Positions 1-8,900 of a DNA stretch of 55,994 nt are shown here, piece by piece. Position numbers and translations under genes: made by a program. Source of the DNA: Candidatus Micrarchaeota archaeon (GTDB lineage Archaea; Micrarchaeota; Micrarchaeia; Micrarchaeales; Micrarchaeaceae). The stretch is taken from positions 1-55,994 of the forward strand of contig JAKAOQ010000001.1 of assembly GCA_021812105.1 (NCBI GenBank). The letters are read 5' to 3'. Within the stretch, counting starts at the first letter, position 1. Each line of letters opens with the position of its first letter. Below the pieces are notes generated by a model. The model saw only the letters and a program-made list of their open reading frames with translations. It was not told the DNA's origin and ran no database searches.

Positions 1-535
1 CGTTTGGCACAGATTCCTGCTGCTCTTTTACTTCAATCACTATTGATGCATACCATCTGTCTGTTTTATACAATTCGATGTATTTCACAATTCCGTCATA
101 TCGCATATTGGGAATTTTGAGATCAAGCTGCGACAACCCCTTCTCTTCTCTATACTTCATGGACATTGGAACTGTCAAAATGTTCCCATCAATTTTTATC
201 TGCTGCGATTTGAATGGTATTACCCATGCTGTGTCCTTCTTGTGGTATTTTGGATATGCTGCGTTTGCATTGTTTCTGCGAAGTTTCAGAAATGACTTTA
301 TTGCACCTTCCACTTTCTGCAGTACCGCCTGAGCGGTTTGGGAAGGCAGTAGGGTATAGAGAGTGTTGTCCTTTTGTATATTGCAGAGATCGTAGTAGAA
401 GTAGAACTTTTGCTCTCGCTTGTATCTTTGGCTGCTTTCATACAATGCAGAATTATACAGGCCGTTGGTTATCTTTGCAAGGTTGTTAAGTATTTCATAA
501 TTGCCCTCTACCTTTACAACCTGCGTTAGTTTCAT
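1..535 (-). CDS. tnpB: TnpB (IS200/IS605 family RNA-guided endonuclease), 5' part only; runs off the window edge
   Basis: Not in the ORF track. Manual translation from ATG at 535 gives MKLTQVVKVEGNYEILNNLAKITNGLYNSALY...LLPSQTAQAVLQKVEGAIKSFLKLR...YPKYHKK...RWYASIVIEV, with the LYNxAL, PSQxAQ and PxxxKK motifs of the TnpB N-terminal half. The RuvC domain would lie outside the window. Confidence 0.85.
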   Translation of the reverse strand, partial: MKLTQVVKVEGNYEILNNLAKITNGLYNSALYESSQRYKREQKFYFYYDLCNIQKDNTLYTLLPSQTAQAVLQKVEGAIKSFLKLRRNNANAAYPKYHKKDTAWVIPFKSQQIKIDGNILTVPMSMKYREEKGLSQLDLKIPNMRYDGIVKYIELYKTDRWYASIVIEVKEQQESVPN

Positions 536-636
536 TTACTCAACTACCGTACAATATACTTAGATATAATTAATAAATCTGTGCATTTCGCATTCATCCC
601 ACGACTGAAGTGCGTGGGCTTTCTGCTATGAATTCT
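1..636 (-). mobile_element. IS200/IS605-family element without tnpA between left end and tnpB (IS1341-like); left end at 636
   Basis: Minus strand reads TTAC|AGAATTCATAGCAG-AAAG-CCCACG-CACTTCAGT-CGTGGG: a subterminal hairpin (598-618) with AAAG at its foot and TTAC (640-637) just outside, as at the IS608 left end. Confidence 0.75.
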
Positions 637-653
637 GTAAATGCCTTTCTGTT

Positions 654-769
654 TGGCGGGAGTGGGGTTTGAACCCACGGCCTCTAGATGTCTCGTCATA
701 GCCCTGCGGCTCATCACTCATTTTTCTTTGATATGAGTCTAGCGCTCTACCAGGCTGAGCTACCCCGCC
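654..769 (-). tRNA. tRNA-Met(CAT), probably elongator, with 42-nt intron at position 37/38 (690-731)
   Basis: Acceptor stem GGCGGGG/TCCCGCC, D-arm TAGCTCAGCCTGGTAGAGC, anticodon stem CTAGA/TCTAG with CAT at 735-733, T-loop GTTCAAA. G1-C72 argues against the initiator; Ile2(CAT) is not fully excluded. Confidence 0.9.
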
Positions 770-874
770 AAAAGCACTATCAATTTGAAGATAAACTATA
801 TATTAGTTTATCAACTATCGCAGTGCAGAAGGGCAAATCTTTAAAATCGTTGCATAACAATCTTTAGCGTTCAA

Positions 875-3214
875 GTGGTATTGATGGAGGCAGAGTCAAA
901 AACACCCGCTGAAGCGCACGCGGGCTCGGCTGGTCAGAAAACACACGGTGTCTCAAGACACAGTTACAACAGATACATGCCGTACGTTTACGTCTCTATA
1001 CTCTATCTTATACTCGCGCTCGTAATGTTCGCCCCCATATCTGCGCACATGTCCAGCGTCGCTAACGGCATCGGTGGCGACGTCTACCAGAACCTGTGGA
1101 ACATATGGTGGATAAAGTACTCGCTATCGCACCTTCATGGAATATTCTACACCACGCTGCTCTACTGGCCGGTCGGCGCCAACCTCGTATACCAGACCAT
1201 GGCACCAATCGCGTCGCTTATATCGATTCCGTTTCAGGCCGTGAGCACGACGTTCGCGTTCAACGTACTGTTCTTCCTCGGCTACATGCTCTCTGGACTT
1301 ACGATGTTCATACTCGCTGACTACGTGGTCAAGAACAAGTACGCGGCCTTCGTGGCTGGCCTGATATTCACTTTCAGCGCGACGCACGTTGCGCACTCCT
1401 ACGGATCAATAGTAATGTCAAATATAGAATGGATACCGCTCGCACTATACTTCTTCCTAAAGCTTCTTGACAGCGATAAGTCTAGGGCTATGCTCTACAG
1501 CGCTGTCGGCCTTGGACTGTCTATGATGCTCGTCTCGTTCATGAGCACGATAGAGATGACTGTTGTGACTTTCGACCTTCTTGCCCTCGTATTCCTTGTC
1601 TATCTAATATCCCCATCCACAAGGAAGCGCGTGCTCAACCTTCGCTTCTGGGAAGGGGTCGCTGTTGCAATTGTATTGATGCTTATAACTGGGATATGGG
1701 GTTTCGTCCCGGCGATACACACGCTTCTTAGCGGCGGTGCTTCGAGTACGGCCAACTATCTTAACGGAATTCAGAACAACGAGGTGTGGAGCGTGGACCT
1801 GCTCTCCTTCTTCCTGCCGAACCCCTACAACGGGGTATTCAGCACAATGACAGCTTCGTACTTTGGCATATTCTCACCAGACATCGCCGAAAGGAGCGCC
1901 TACATAGGATATACTGTACTCGCTCTCGCTGCGTACGCCGTATTCAAGGAGCGCAGGAAGACGATACTATGGGTTTCAATAGCTGTGATATTCGCGTGGC
2001 TCTCTCTCGGCCCGTACCTACAGGTAGGCGGAGTGATTACGGGACTGCCTGAGCTGTTCCTCGCCTATCATTCGATTCCGCTCCTGAACATAGTGCGCGA
2101 GCCTGGAAGGTTTGATATAATAGCGATGATCGCCATGGCGATGCTCGCTGCAATAGGAACAGGAGAGGTTCTCAAGAGGTTTGGAAGTAAGGGAGGGGAT
2201 AGGACGAACGCGATGTTCGTTCTCGGCATAATCATAATACTGCTGCTCGTCGAAACCAACGGCTTCCAGATAGGGTCCGCGCTCGTGAACAGCACAACTA
2301 CCCACGTAGCGGTTCCAAACCTGTTCTACGAGATAAAGAACCTCAGCGGTAACTTTTCGATACTCATGCTGCCCGCGCTGCCGATCCAGAACTCTTACAC
2401 TCCGGCTCTCTACCCAGGCATGGAGAGCTATTACGCATCTATAACTGGCAAGCCGCTCGTGGGCGGTTACGTGACCAGGGCCAACACAACGATGGACCTG
2501 TCGGTCTACAACATACCTCTGGCCGTGCAGTCCACGAGGGTAGCCGAGGCCGGCAACATAACGTATCCGTCCCCGGTAATGCAGAGCCCGGTCAACCAGA
2601 CACTGCTAACGCTCTTCAACTACGATACAGGATTCGTAGTTTTGATGAGGCAGGCGTACAACTCTTCCAGGCTAAACTTAATGGCGGCCTACTTGGGCCA
2701 GATATTCGGAAACCCGGTGTACGTTGACAACTCCACCATAGCGTACCAGACCTCAAACGCCATAAAGAACAACGTATTCAAGAGCTACGTAGCTTTCCCG
2801 TCGCTCACTTCGTGGAGCCCCCAGTACGTTCCGCTTAATGGCACAGATAGGCTCTTCTGGGTGCCGATAACGGGAAGCGCAGAGCAGGGAACGATAGCGG
2901 TCTACGCGCCCTATCAGGCGAACTCTTCGCTGCAGATGGCGCTTTCGGGCGCTTTGGGCAGCGTGAACACCACCATCAGCTTCATAGCTTTCAGCAACTC
3001 TGGTAGCGCAAAGGCCTACGTGGCAGGCGAGAGCGCATCCGGTTTTACGCCCACGTCCATACTTAACGTGACGAGCACACCCAGGCTATACACGGTAGAT
3101 ACGCAGCTTACCTCTGGAGAGCGCGGCGATACGCTGCTGTTCGGGGTAGAGCAGAACTACACCACGAGCGGAAGCGTAGTCTACTTCGGAAACATAACGT
3201 TCTCGAAATCGTAG
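875..3214 (+). CDS. Multi-pass membrane protein, probable GT-C fold (YfhO-like) glycosyltransferase with extracellular C-terminal domain
   Basis: About 12 hydrophobic segments; motifs GGDVYQNLWNIWW, YIGY and REPGRF; C-terminal region rich in N-x-S/T sequons. The start may be 884 or 977. Confidence 0.65.
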   Translation: MVLMEAESKTPAEAHAGSAGQKTHGVSRHSYNRYMPYVYVSILYLILALVMFAPISAHMSSVANGIGGDVYQNLWNIWWIKYSLSHLHGIFYTTLLYWPVGANLVYQTMAPIASLISIPFQAVSTTFAFNVLFFLGYMLSGLTMFILADYVVKNKYAAFVAGLIFTFSATHVAHSYGSIVMSNIEWIPLALYFFLKLLDSDKSRAMLYSAVGLGLSMMLVSFMSTIEMTVVTFDLLALVFLVYLISPSTRKRVLNLRFWEGVAVAIVLMLITGIWGFVPAIHTLLSGGASSTANYLNGIQNNEVWSVDLLSFFLPNPYNGVFSTMTASYFGIFSPDIAERSAYIGYTVLALAAYAVFKERRKTILWVSIAVIFAWLSLGPYLQVGGVITGLPELFLAYHSIPLLNIVREPGRFDIIAMIAMAMLAAIGTGEVLKRFGSKGGDRTNAMFVLGIIIILLLVETNGFQIGSALVNSTTTHVAVPNLFYEIKNLSGNFSILMLPALPIQNSYTPALYPGMESYYASITGKPLVGGYVTRANTTMDLSVYNIPLAVQSTRVAEAGNITYPSPVMQSPVNQTLLTLFNYDTGFVVLMRQAYNSSRLNLMAAYLGQIFGNPVYVDNSTIAYQTSNAIKNNVFKSYVAFPSLTSWSPQYVPLNGTDRLFWVPITGSAEQGTIAVYAPYQANSSLQMALSGALGSVNTTISFIAFSNSGSAKAYVAGESASGFTPTSILNVTSTPRLYTVDTQLTSGERGDTLLFGVEQNYTTSGSVVYFGNITFSKS

Positions 3215-3291
3215 TTATTGATGTACGGGTGTACGTGAGGTATGTACGGCAGTTGGCGTGCTTACGCACGTAAACGGCGCGGATAATAAGG

Positions 3292-3344
3292 TATTTAAAA
3301 CCTGCTACTCAATGTTTCGTGTACAGGATAGGAGTATAAGGTGA
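3292..3344 (+). promoter_or_regulatory. TATA box (TATTTAAA, 3292-3299) and Shine-Dalgarno (AGGTGA, 3339-3344) of a micro-gene
   Basis: Purine-rich BRE-like stretch before TATTTAAA; AGGTGA lies 5 nt before ATG at 3350. Confidence 0.5.
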
Positions 3345-3349
3345 AAAAG

Positions 3350-3379
3350 ATGACTGATCCGAACGACGGACACCCGTAG
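3350..3379 (+). CDS. Candidate 9-aa micropeptide MTDPNDGHP
   Basis: ATG ACT GAT CCG AAC GAC GGA CAC CCG TAG, with its own TATA box, SD and downstream hairpin plus T-tract. Confidence 0.4.
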   Translation: MTDPNDGHP

Positions 3380-3392
3380 TTATATGCGTTAC

Positions 3393-3427
3393 TTTGGCGT
3401 ATTTTGGTTTACGCCGAGCTAGTTTTT
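3393..3427 (+). terminator. Hairpin plus T-tract between convergent units
   Basis: TTTGGCGTA/TACGCCGAG stem followed by GCTAGTTTTT. Confidence 0.45.
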
Positions 3428-3438
3428 AAGCTGTTTGA

Positions 3439-4824
3439 TTATATAGGCAGACCATAGTCTGTTCTCTTTCTTTCTTCTATATTTTTCTTTGAAAGTAGCG
3501 TGCTGTATTGGGCGCTGTACAGGTTGTCGAACCTTCTGTACCCTATGCTTCCGAGTATGACCTTGGTTATTATCAGTGTTTTCGACTCTACACCTTTTAT
3601 AGAGCCGAGCAGCCGCTTTTCTGTCTCTATAAGGTCATCTTCCTCGAATACCGGCACTAGGTACACGTTGCTGTCAGGAATAGAAACTCCGCAGGCGTAC
3701 GCGAACCTGTTCACCAGATCTACCTTCTCGTCAACTAGATCTTTGTAGCTGGAATAGACGGTTTTAAGATAAAGGTCGTAATTTTTGATCTCCAGGAGCA
3801 CCATCCCGTTGTACCTTATCGGCACTCTCTGCATGAACATCGTGGGCCTTATGATGATCGTTTGGCCTTTGATCAGCTTTTCAAAGGCGTTCTTGGCGCT
3901 GCCGACAGACAGGCCGTAGATTCTTTCTATCTCGGAGAAGCTTATAGTGCTGTTTTTATTCAGCTCCCTGAGCACCGCGTATTCCCTCAGCATCAGCTCC
4001 GATCCCGACGGCCTTCGCCTCTCCTTCGTCCTGTGCCACACCTTCTCCTTTAGCACGTCGAAGAAGGCGTCCCTTATCGGAATGAATCCGTAGCTCTCGG
4101 CGACTATCGCGGTGTACCAGCTCGCTGGGGTCTCACTGAGGGATTTCACCTTCCTTATCTCGTTTATGATTGCCTGCGCTATGCTTATCTTCTCGGCTAT
4201 GCAGTAGATAACTATATCGTACGGTCCCTTGGTCAGCATAGCCATCTGAACCCTCGGATTTCCCTCCAGCACCTGCTTAAGATCTTCGTAGTCTATCTCC
4301 GCATGCTCGGTCTCGAACTTTACAAATATAAAGAACTTGTAGAAGTCAAGGTTTTGCAGATTTAGATGTAGAGTATACCTGATGTCGAATTCCCCCTCCA
4401 GCCTTCTGATCCTGTACGGCAGGCTGCTCTCGGACAGATCGGCAAGCTTGCTCATGGTGCTGTAAGGCATCCTGGGGTTCATGCTCAAGGCGGTCAGAAT
4501 CGATTTGTCGTGCTCGTCCAGCCCGTAACCCGACCCCTGCTTCTCCTGCTGGCTACTCGCGTTTCCGGTATCATACTGAGGCACGGGCCTTGACAGCGGC
4601 GCCCTGTTTTGCGGCCTGGTCTTGGCCGGTATGAGCAGCCCGTCATCCCTCATCCAGCCCAGATAGTGCGTGACCTTTCTCGACCTGCCGATGTCCGGAT
4701 CGTACCTGCTCGTGGCCTCGAAGACGCAGAACCTCTTGTTGAGGTACTTCAGCTCTATGTAGCCACTGTACGCTGACTTCAGCTCGTTGAACGCGCTTCT
4801 TATCCTTTTGGGGACCTCCCGCAT
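3439..4824 (-). CDS. Tandem Lrp/AsnC-type transcriptional regulator with extra N-terminal domain
   Basis: Two wHTH units (LDEHDKSILTALSMNPRMPYSTMSK; EYAVLRELNKNSTISFSEIER), each followed by a RAM-like domain (TKGPYDIVIY). Confidence 0.8.
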   Translation of the reverse strand: MREVPKRIRSAFNELKSAYSGYIELKYLNKRFCVFEATSRYDPDIGRSRKVTHYLGWMRDDGLLIPAKTRPQNRAPLSRPVPQYDTGNASSQQEKQGSGYGLDEHDKSILTALSMNPRMPYSTMSKLADLSESSLPYRIRRLEGEFDIRYTLHLNLQNLDFYKFFIFVKFETEHAEIDYEDLKQVLEGNPRVQMAMLTKGPYDIVIYCIAEKISIAQAIINEIRKVKSLSETPASWYTAIVAESYGFIPIRDAFFDVLKEKVWHRTKERRRPSGSELMLREYAVLRELNKNSTISFSEIERIYGLSVGSAKNAFEKLIKGQTIIIRPTMFMQRVPIRYNGMVLLEIKNYDLYLKTVYSSYKDLVDEKVDLVNRFAYACGVSIPDSNVYLVPVFEEDDLIETEKRLLGSIKGVESKTLIITKVILGSIGYRRFDNLYSAQYSTLLSKKNIEERKRTDYGLPI

Positions 4825-5107
4825 GCTCCCATTTTATAGTAGACAGCCCATATATTTAAGCCTATCTATTTTTAATTTATGATGTTGCCCATTATATGCA
4901 GAGTATTCTGTCACGTAATAGATGGGTATATATTTTGTATTTTTCATTATTTTATATTAAATATGATAGTAATTGTGCTCGATTGTTCTCAGAATTGGCT
5001 GGTTTTTCCTCTCTACTTATATATAAAAGGTAGGCGCAAATACTATCAAGACAAAAGCGATGCGTACTGCGGGCTTGCTCTGTTGTGGGGCAGAAAGGTG
5101 TGTTGAA

Positions 5108-5398
5108 ATGACCGGGGTTGCTAAGAAGCATAATAATTATAAAGGCTATAACTGGGACGGCAGGCTTCACAATTTCTACTTTATAAAGCCAATACCAAAC
5201 GTTGATGCTGATTCTCTTTCTGAAAAACTGCTCGGAATAAAGGGCGTAAAGGAGGTGCACGTTACAGAAGGTGACAGCGGTTTCCTTGTAAGGGCGAAGT
5301 ATTCTGATGGCGCCAAGGATGTTGGTGAGCAGATAGCGAAAAGCATGAACAGCAGGTACAATCTCTCACTAAGCTATTATAGTCTCAACAAAGAGTGA
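5108..5398 (+). CDS. Small stand-alone RAM/ACT-like (Lrp ligand-binding-like) protein; paralog of 39469-39720
   Basis: FIKPIPNVDADSLSEKLLGIKGVKEVHVTEGDSGFLVRA resembles the Lrp C-terminal pattern LxxxxxVxEVxxxxGxYD. No HTH. SD-like AGGTG before ATG 5108. Confidence 0.7.
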   Translation: MTGVAKKHNNYKGYNWDGRLHNFYFIKPIPNVDADSLSEKLLGIKGVKEVHVTEGDSGFLVRAKYSDGAKDVGEQIAKSMNSRYNLSLSYYSLNKE

Positions 5399-5408
5399 TG
5401 GTGTTTAT

Positions 5409-5549
5409 ATGATTCTGGACGATGATGTGGTTGTTGTTGCGAAGGTCCCCGGAATGGTCTGGGAGATAAAGTACAGGAACGGGGAGAGCGCACAGGTTCA
5501 GGCAGGTAAGAGATCGCTTATTTCCAGAATTTTGGATCTGGTAAGGTAG
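5409..5549 (+). CDS. 46-aa microprotein; paralog of 39308-39472
   Basis: Manual translation MILDDDVVVVAKVPGMVWEIKYRNGESAQVQAGKRSLISRILDLVR; GGTG SD; the N-terminal motif recurs in the second copy of the module. Confidence 0.75.
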   Translation: MILDDDVVVVAKVPGMVWEIKYRNGESAQVQAGKRSLISRILDLVR

Positions 5550-5583
5550 CCACTCACCGCCTTACCAATTTCACCCCATAAAT

Positions 5584-5605
5584 CCCCACGGGTTTTCTCG
5601 TGGGG
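5584..5605 (+). terminator. GC-rich hairpin after module copy 1
   Basis: CCCCACGGG-TTTT-CTCGTGGGG. Confidence 0.5.
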
Positions 5606-5627
5606 TATGATGTTAAAAGTTGATTAA

Positions 5628-5843
5628 ATGAATTCAACAGAGAAGGACCAGGGCAAGTATCTTAGAAGGGAACCTACAGAGGATATTCACGTAAACGAGG
5701 GCCAGCTGGACAACTACGGAGAGGCGGCGGGAAGTAGCATGGGCCATTCCGTTTATGGTAAGCCGGGTTGGTATATTTCAGAACGTCTAAGAGAACATAT
5801 AGAAGAATCAAAAAAGACAGCTGACGAATCTACCGAGGCTTGA
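5628..5843 (+). CDS. Hypothetical acidic protein (71 aa)
   Basis: ORF fills the intergenic space; no recognisable motif. Confidence 0.5.
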   Translation: MNSTEKDQGKYLRREPTEDIHVNEGQLDNYGEAAGSSMGHSVYGKPGWYISERLREHIEESKKTADESTEA

Positions 5844-5936
5844 TTTCATGCTTAAACTACGTTCCGGAAGTGCTAAGAAGAACCCCACAAACCTCTCACC
5901 ACGGAGGAACGTAGTTCTTTTCCTTTTCATATTCCT

Positions 5937-8900
5937 TTACTGACTCTTATCGTCGGTCCTGTTTCTGCCCTCTACTTTGCTTACCGCTATTTTGATTGTG
6001 CTGCCCAGAATCTCCAGCTCTTTCTGGTTGGGCTCGTTCAATTCTCCCACAAAAGTAATTTTACGCGCCCGGGTTACGCCCTTTATGCTGGCGAGGCTCT
6101 TTTCGACCGACGCCTTGACCTGTTGATCGGCCGCCATCCTGACGTCTATCCTGTCCAGCTTCGTGAGTCCGTTCTCCTTCCTTATCGCCTGGATCGTCCT
6201 CGTTAGCTCTCTTGCCAACAGCTCTTCCTTTATCTCTTTGGTTAGTTCTGCGTTTATCGATACGCTGCCGTGCCTGAACCGTGCCGTATCCTCATCGGAA
6301 TGCTTCCTCAATACCGTAAAGTGCTCCGGCCTTATCTCAAACATTCCGTCGCTTGTCTCGAGAGTATAGACGCCGTTCTTCTCTATGCTCTCCATCAACT
6401 CTCTCGCGTCGGACTTTGCGAGCTCCTCGGCCACGACTCCGGCGTGCGACTTGAATTCGGGTCCTATCTTAGCGAAGAGCGGCTTTATCTCGTCTGCCCC
6501 GCCCTTGGACTCCACAACGGTGATGCGCTTTACGTTCGCGTAATCCTCGATCAGTCCAGAAAGCCTCTCAATCGTCTCGAGCCTGGAAGCTCCCTCAACC
6601 TCTATCCTTGCCTCGAGCAGGGGCTGCTTGAGCTTCACGTTCTCCCTCTCGCGAAGGCTGAGTATCGCCGCCGATACGTCCTTCAGCATCTCGAACTCCT
6701 CTTCAAGGCCCTTGTTCACATACTTCTTCTCTGCTCTGGGCCAGTCGGATTCGAATATGCTTTCACCGTTAGAGAACGTGTCCATGTAGATGTACTCGCT
6801 CGCGAACGGTATGAATACAGAGAATAAAACCAGCAGCCTCTTCAGTACGTAGGCTGTTATGCTGGCGATTCTCCTGACGCTGCTCCTTTTCGCCATCGAA
6901 GCTCTCTGCTTCGCAAACTTGAGGTAGAATCTGCTGAAGTCCTCGAGGAGGAAGCTCTTCAACGCGTTGGCTGCAACGTCGAGCGAATAACCCTCCATTG
7001 CTTCAGTAACCTCTCCTATAACAGTGTTTAGCCTTGAGAGTATCCACGCGTCCTCGTGCTCCAGCGAGGCCTTGGACGGCTTGGTGGCGTTCTTGATGTC
7101 GCTTTCGGATAGGGTCGCAAACTCCCTTACCAGGTTGCCCACGTTGTATAGCGTTATAATATTCCTGTCCGCCTCTCCGAGCTCGCTCTTCTTGAGCCTC
7201 AGGTCCTGCCATCTGGGGTGAGTTGACACCCACAGCCTGAACCCGTCAGCTGTAGAAACGTTGAGAAGGTCGAGCGCCGATACCATGTTGCCCAAGTGCC
7301 TGTGCATCTCGTCACCGAACTCGTCAACGAGCATGCCTCCTATCACTACCTCCCTGAACGGTGCCTTGTTGTAGAGCGCCACGGATGTCTTTAGGAGCGT
7401 GGAGAACCATCCGCGCAGCTGGTCCTTGCTCTCGGTTATTACATCAGCGGGAAACAGCTTCGTCAGTTCATCAGAGCTGAGGCTCGCCGTATGCGCGATT
7501 CCGGAGTCGTACCATACGTCAAATATGTCCTCTACCCTCTTCATAGTTCCGCCGCACTTGTTGCACTTGAACGTTATACTGTCTACGTGCTGCCTGTGCA
7601 GGTCGCGCGGCTCTGGCCCCAGGCCGGATCTCTTGGCCAGCTCTGTTCCGGATCCGAACACCTCGACATTGCCGCAGCTGTCGCACTGCCATATTGGAAT
7701 CGGTATGCCCCAGTACCTCTGCCTTGATATGCACCAGTCTGGAGAACTGCGCAGCGTATCGGCCATCCACTCCTTGGCTTCGGCTGGATGCCACGCCACT
7801 CTATCGTTCGCCTTTATCAGCCTGCTCTTCATCTTCTGTACGTTAACGAACCACTGCCACGACGTCCGGTATATCAGCTTGCTGCCGCACCTCCAGCAGT
7901 GCGGATAGCTGTGCCTTATTGAAGCCAGGAACAGAATAGACTTTCTTTCCTTCAGGTAGTCCAGGACAGCTTTGTTCGCCTCGTCCGGGACCCTCATCCC
8001 AACAAACCTGCCGGCGTCGGCCGTATACCTCGCCAGGGCGTCGACCGGGGAAAACGCGGGTATCCTGTTTCTCCTTCCTAGCTCGTAGTCCTCTGGGCCG
8101 TGCCCCGGAGCTACGTGAACCAGCCCGGTTCCCTCGGCCATGGAAACATTTTTCTCATCCATCAGGACGGTGTGGTATTTCCTGAATTTCGATTGCAACG
8201 GTACGGCCTCCTCGAGCGGGCTCGCGTAGCGTACTCCCTCGAGCTCGGATCCGTAGAACTCCTTTATTACAACGGCGTTCTTGCCGGTCTCGCCAACGAC
8301 AACGTCGAGCCGCTCCTTTGCTAGTATGTAGTCCGCCCCGTCAATCTGAGCGAGGATGTAGAGCGACCGGGGGTTTACCGCTACCGCCATGTTAGCCGGA
8401 AGCGTCCATGGTGTCGTGGTCCATACCAGCAGCATTGTACCGTCAGGGATATCGATTTTGTAACCGTACTTGGCGTCGTTGAGCACCTCGAAGCCGATGT
8501 ATATTGAGGGATCGCTCTCGTCCCTGTATTCTATCTCGGCCCCCTGGGCTGATATCGCGGTCTCGCAGTGCGGGCAGTAGAGAAGCGGTTTCTCTGCCTT
8601 GTAGACGAGGTCCTTGCCGTACATCTCCTTGAATACGCTCCAGGCCTTGTTCATGTAGCCGCTTTCAGAGGGTATGTAGGCGTGATCGAAGTCCAGTGAG
8701 ATGCCGAATCTCTTCGCTATGCTCGCGGCGTTCTTTACGTTGGTCACGGCGTACTCGTTGCACTCGCCTATGAACTTCTCCACACCAACTTTGTTCTCTA
8801 TGTCGAGCTTGGACGTGAGCTTCAGCTTCTCCTCCACCTTGTGCTCTATTGGAAGCCCGTGCACATCGAATCCGGCGCGGTCGTGGAGGTTGAAACCCCT

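Noticed and set aside
78..489. Two plus-strand ORFs in the track
   Set aside because: Antisense shadows of tnpB.
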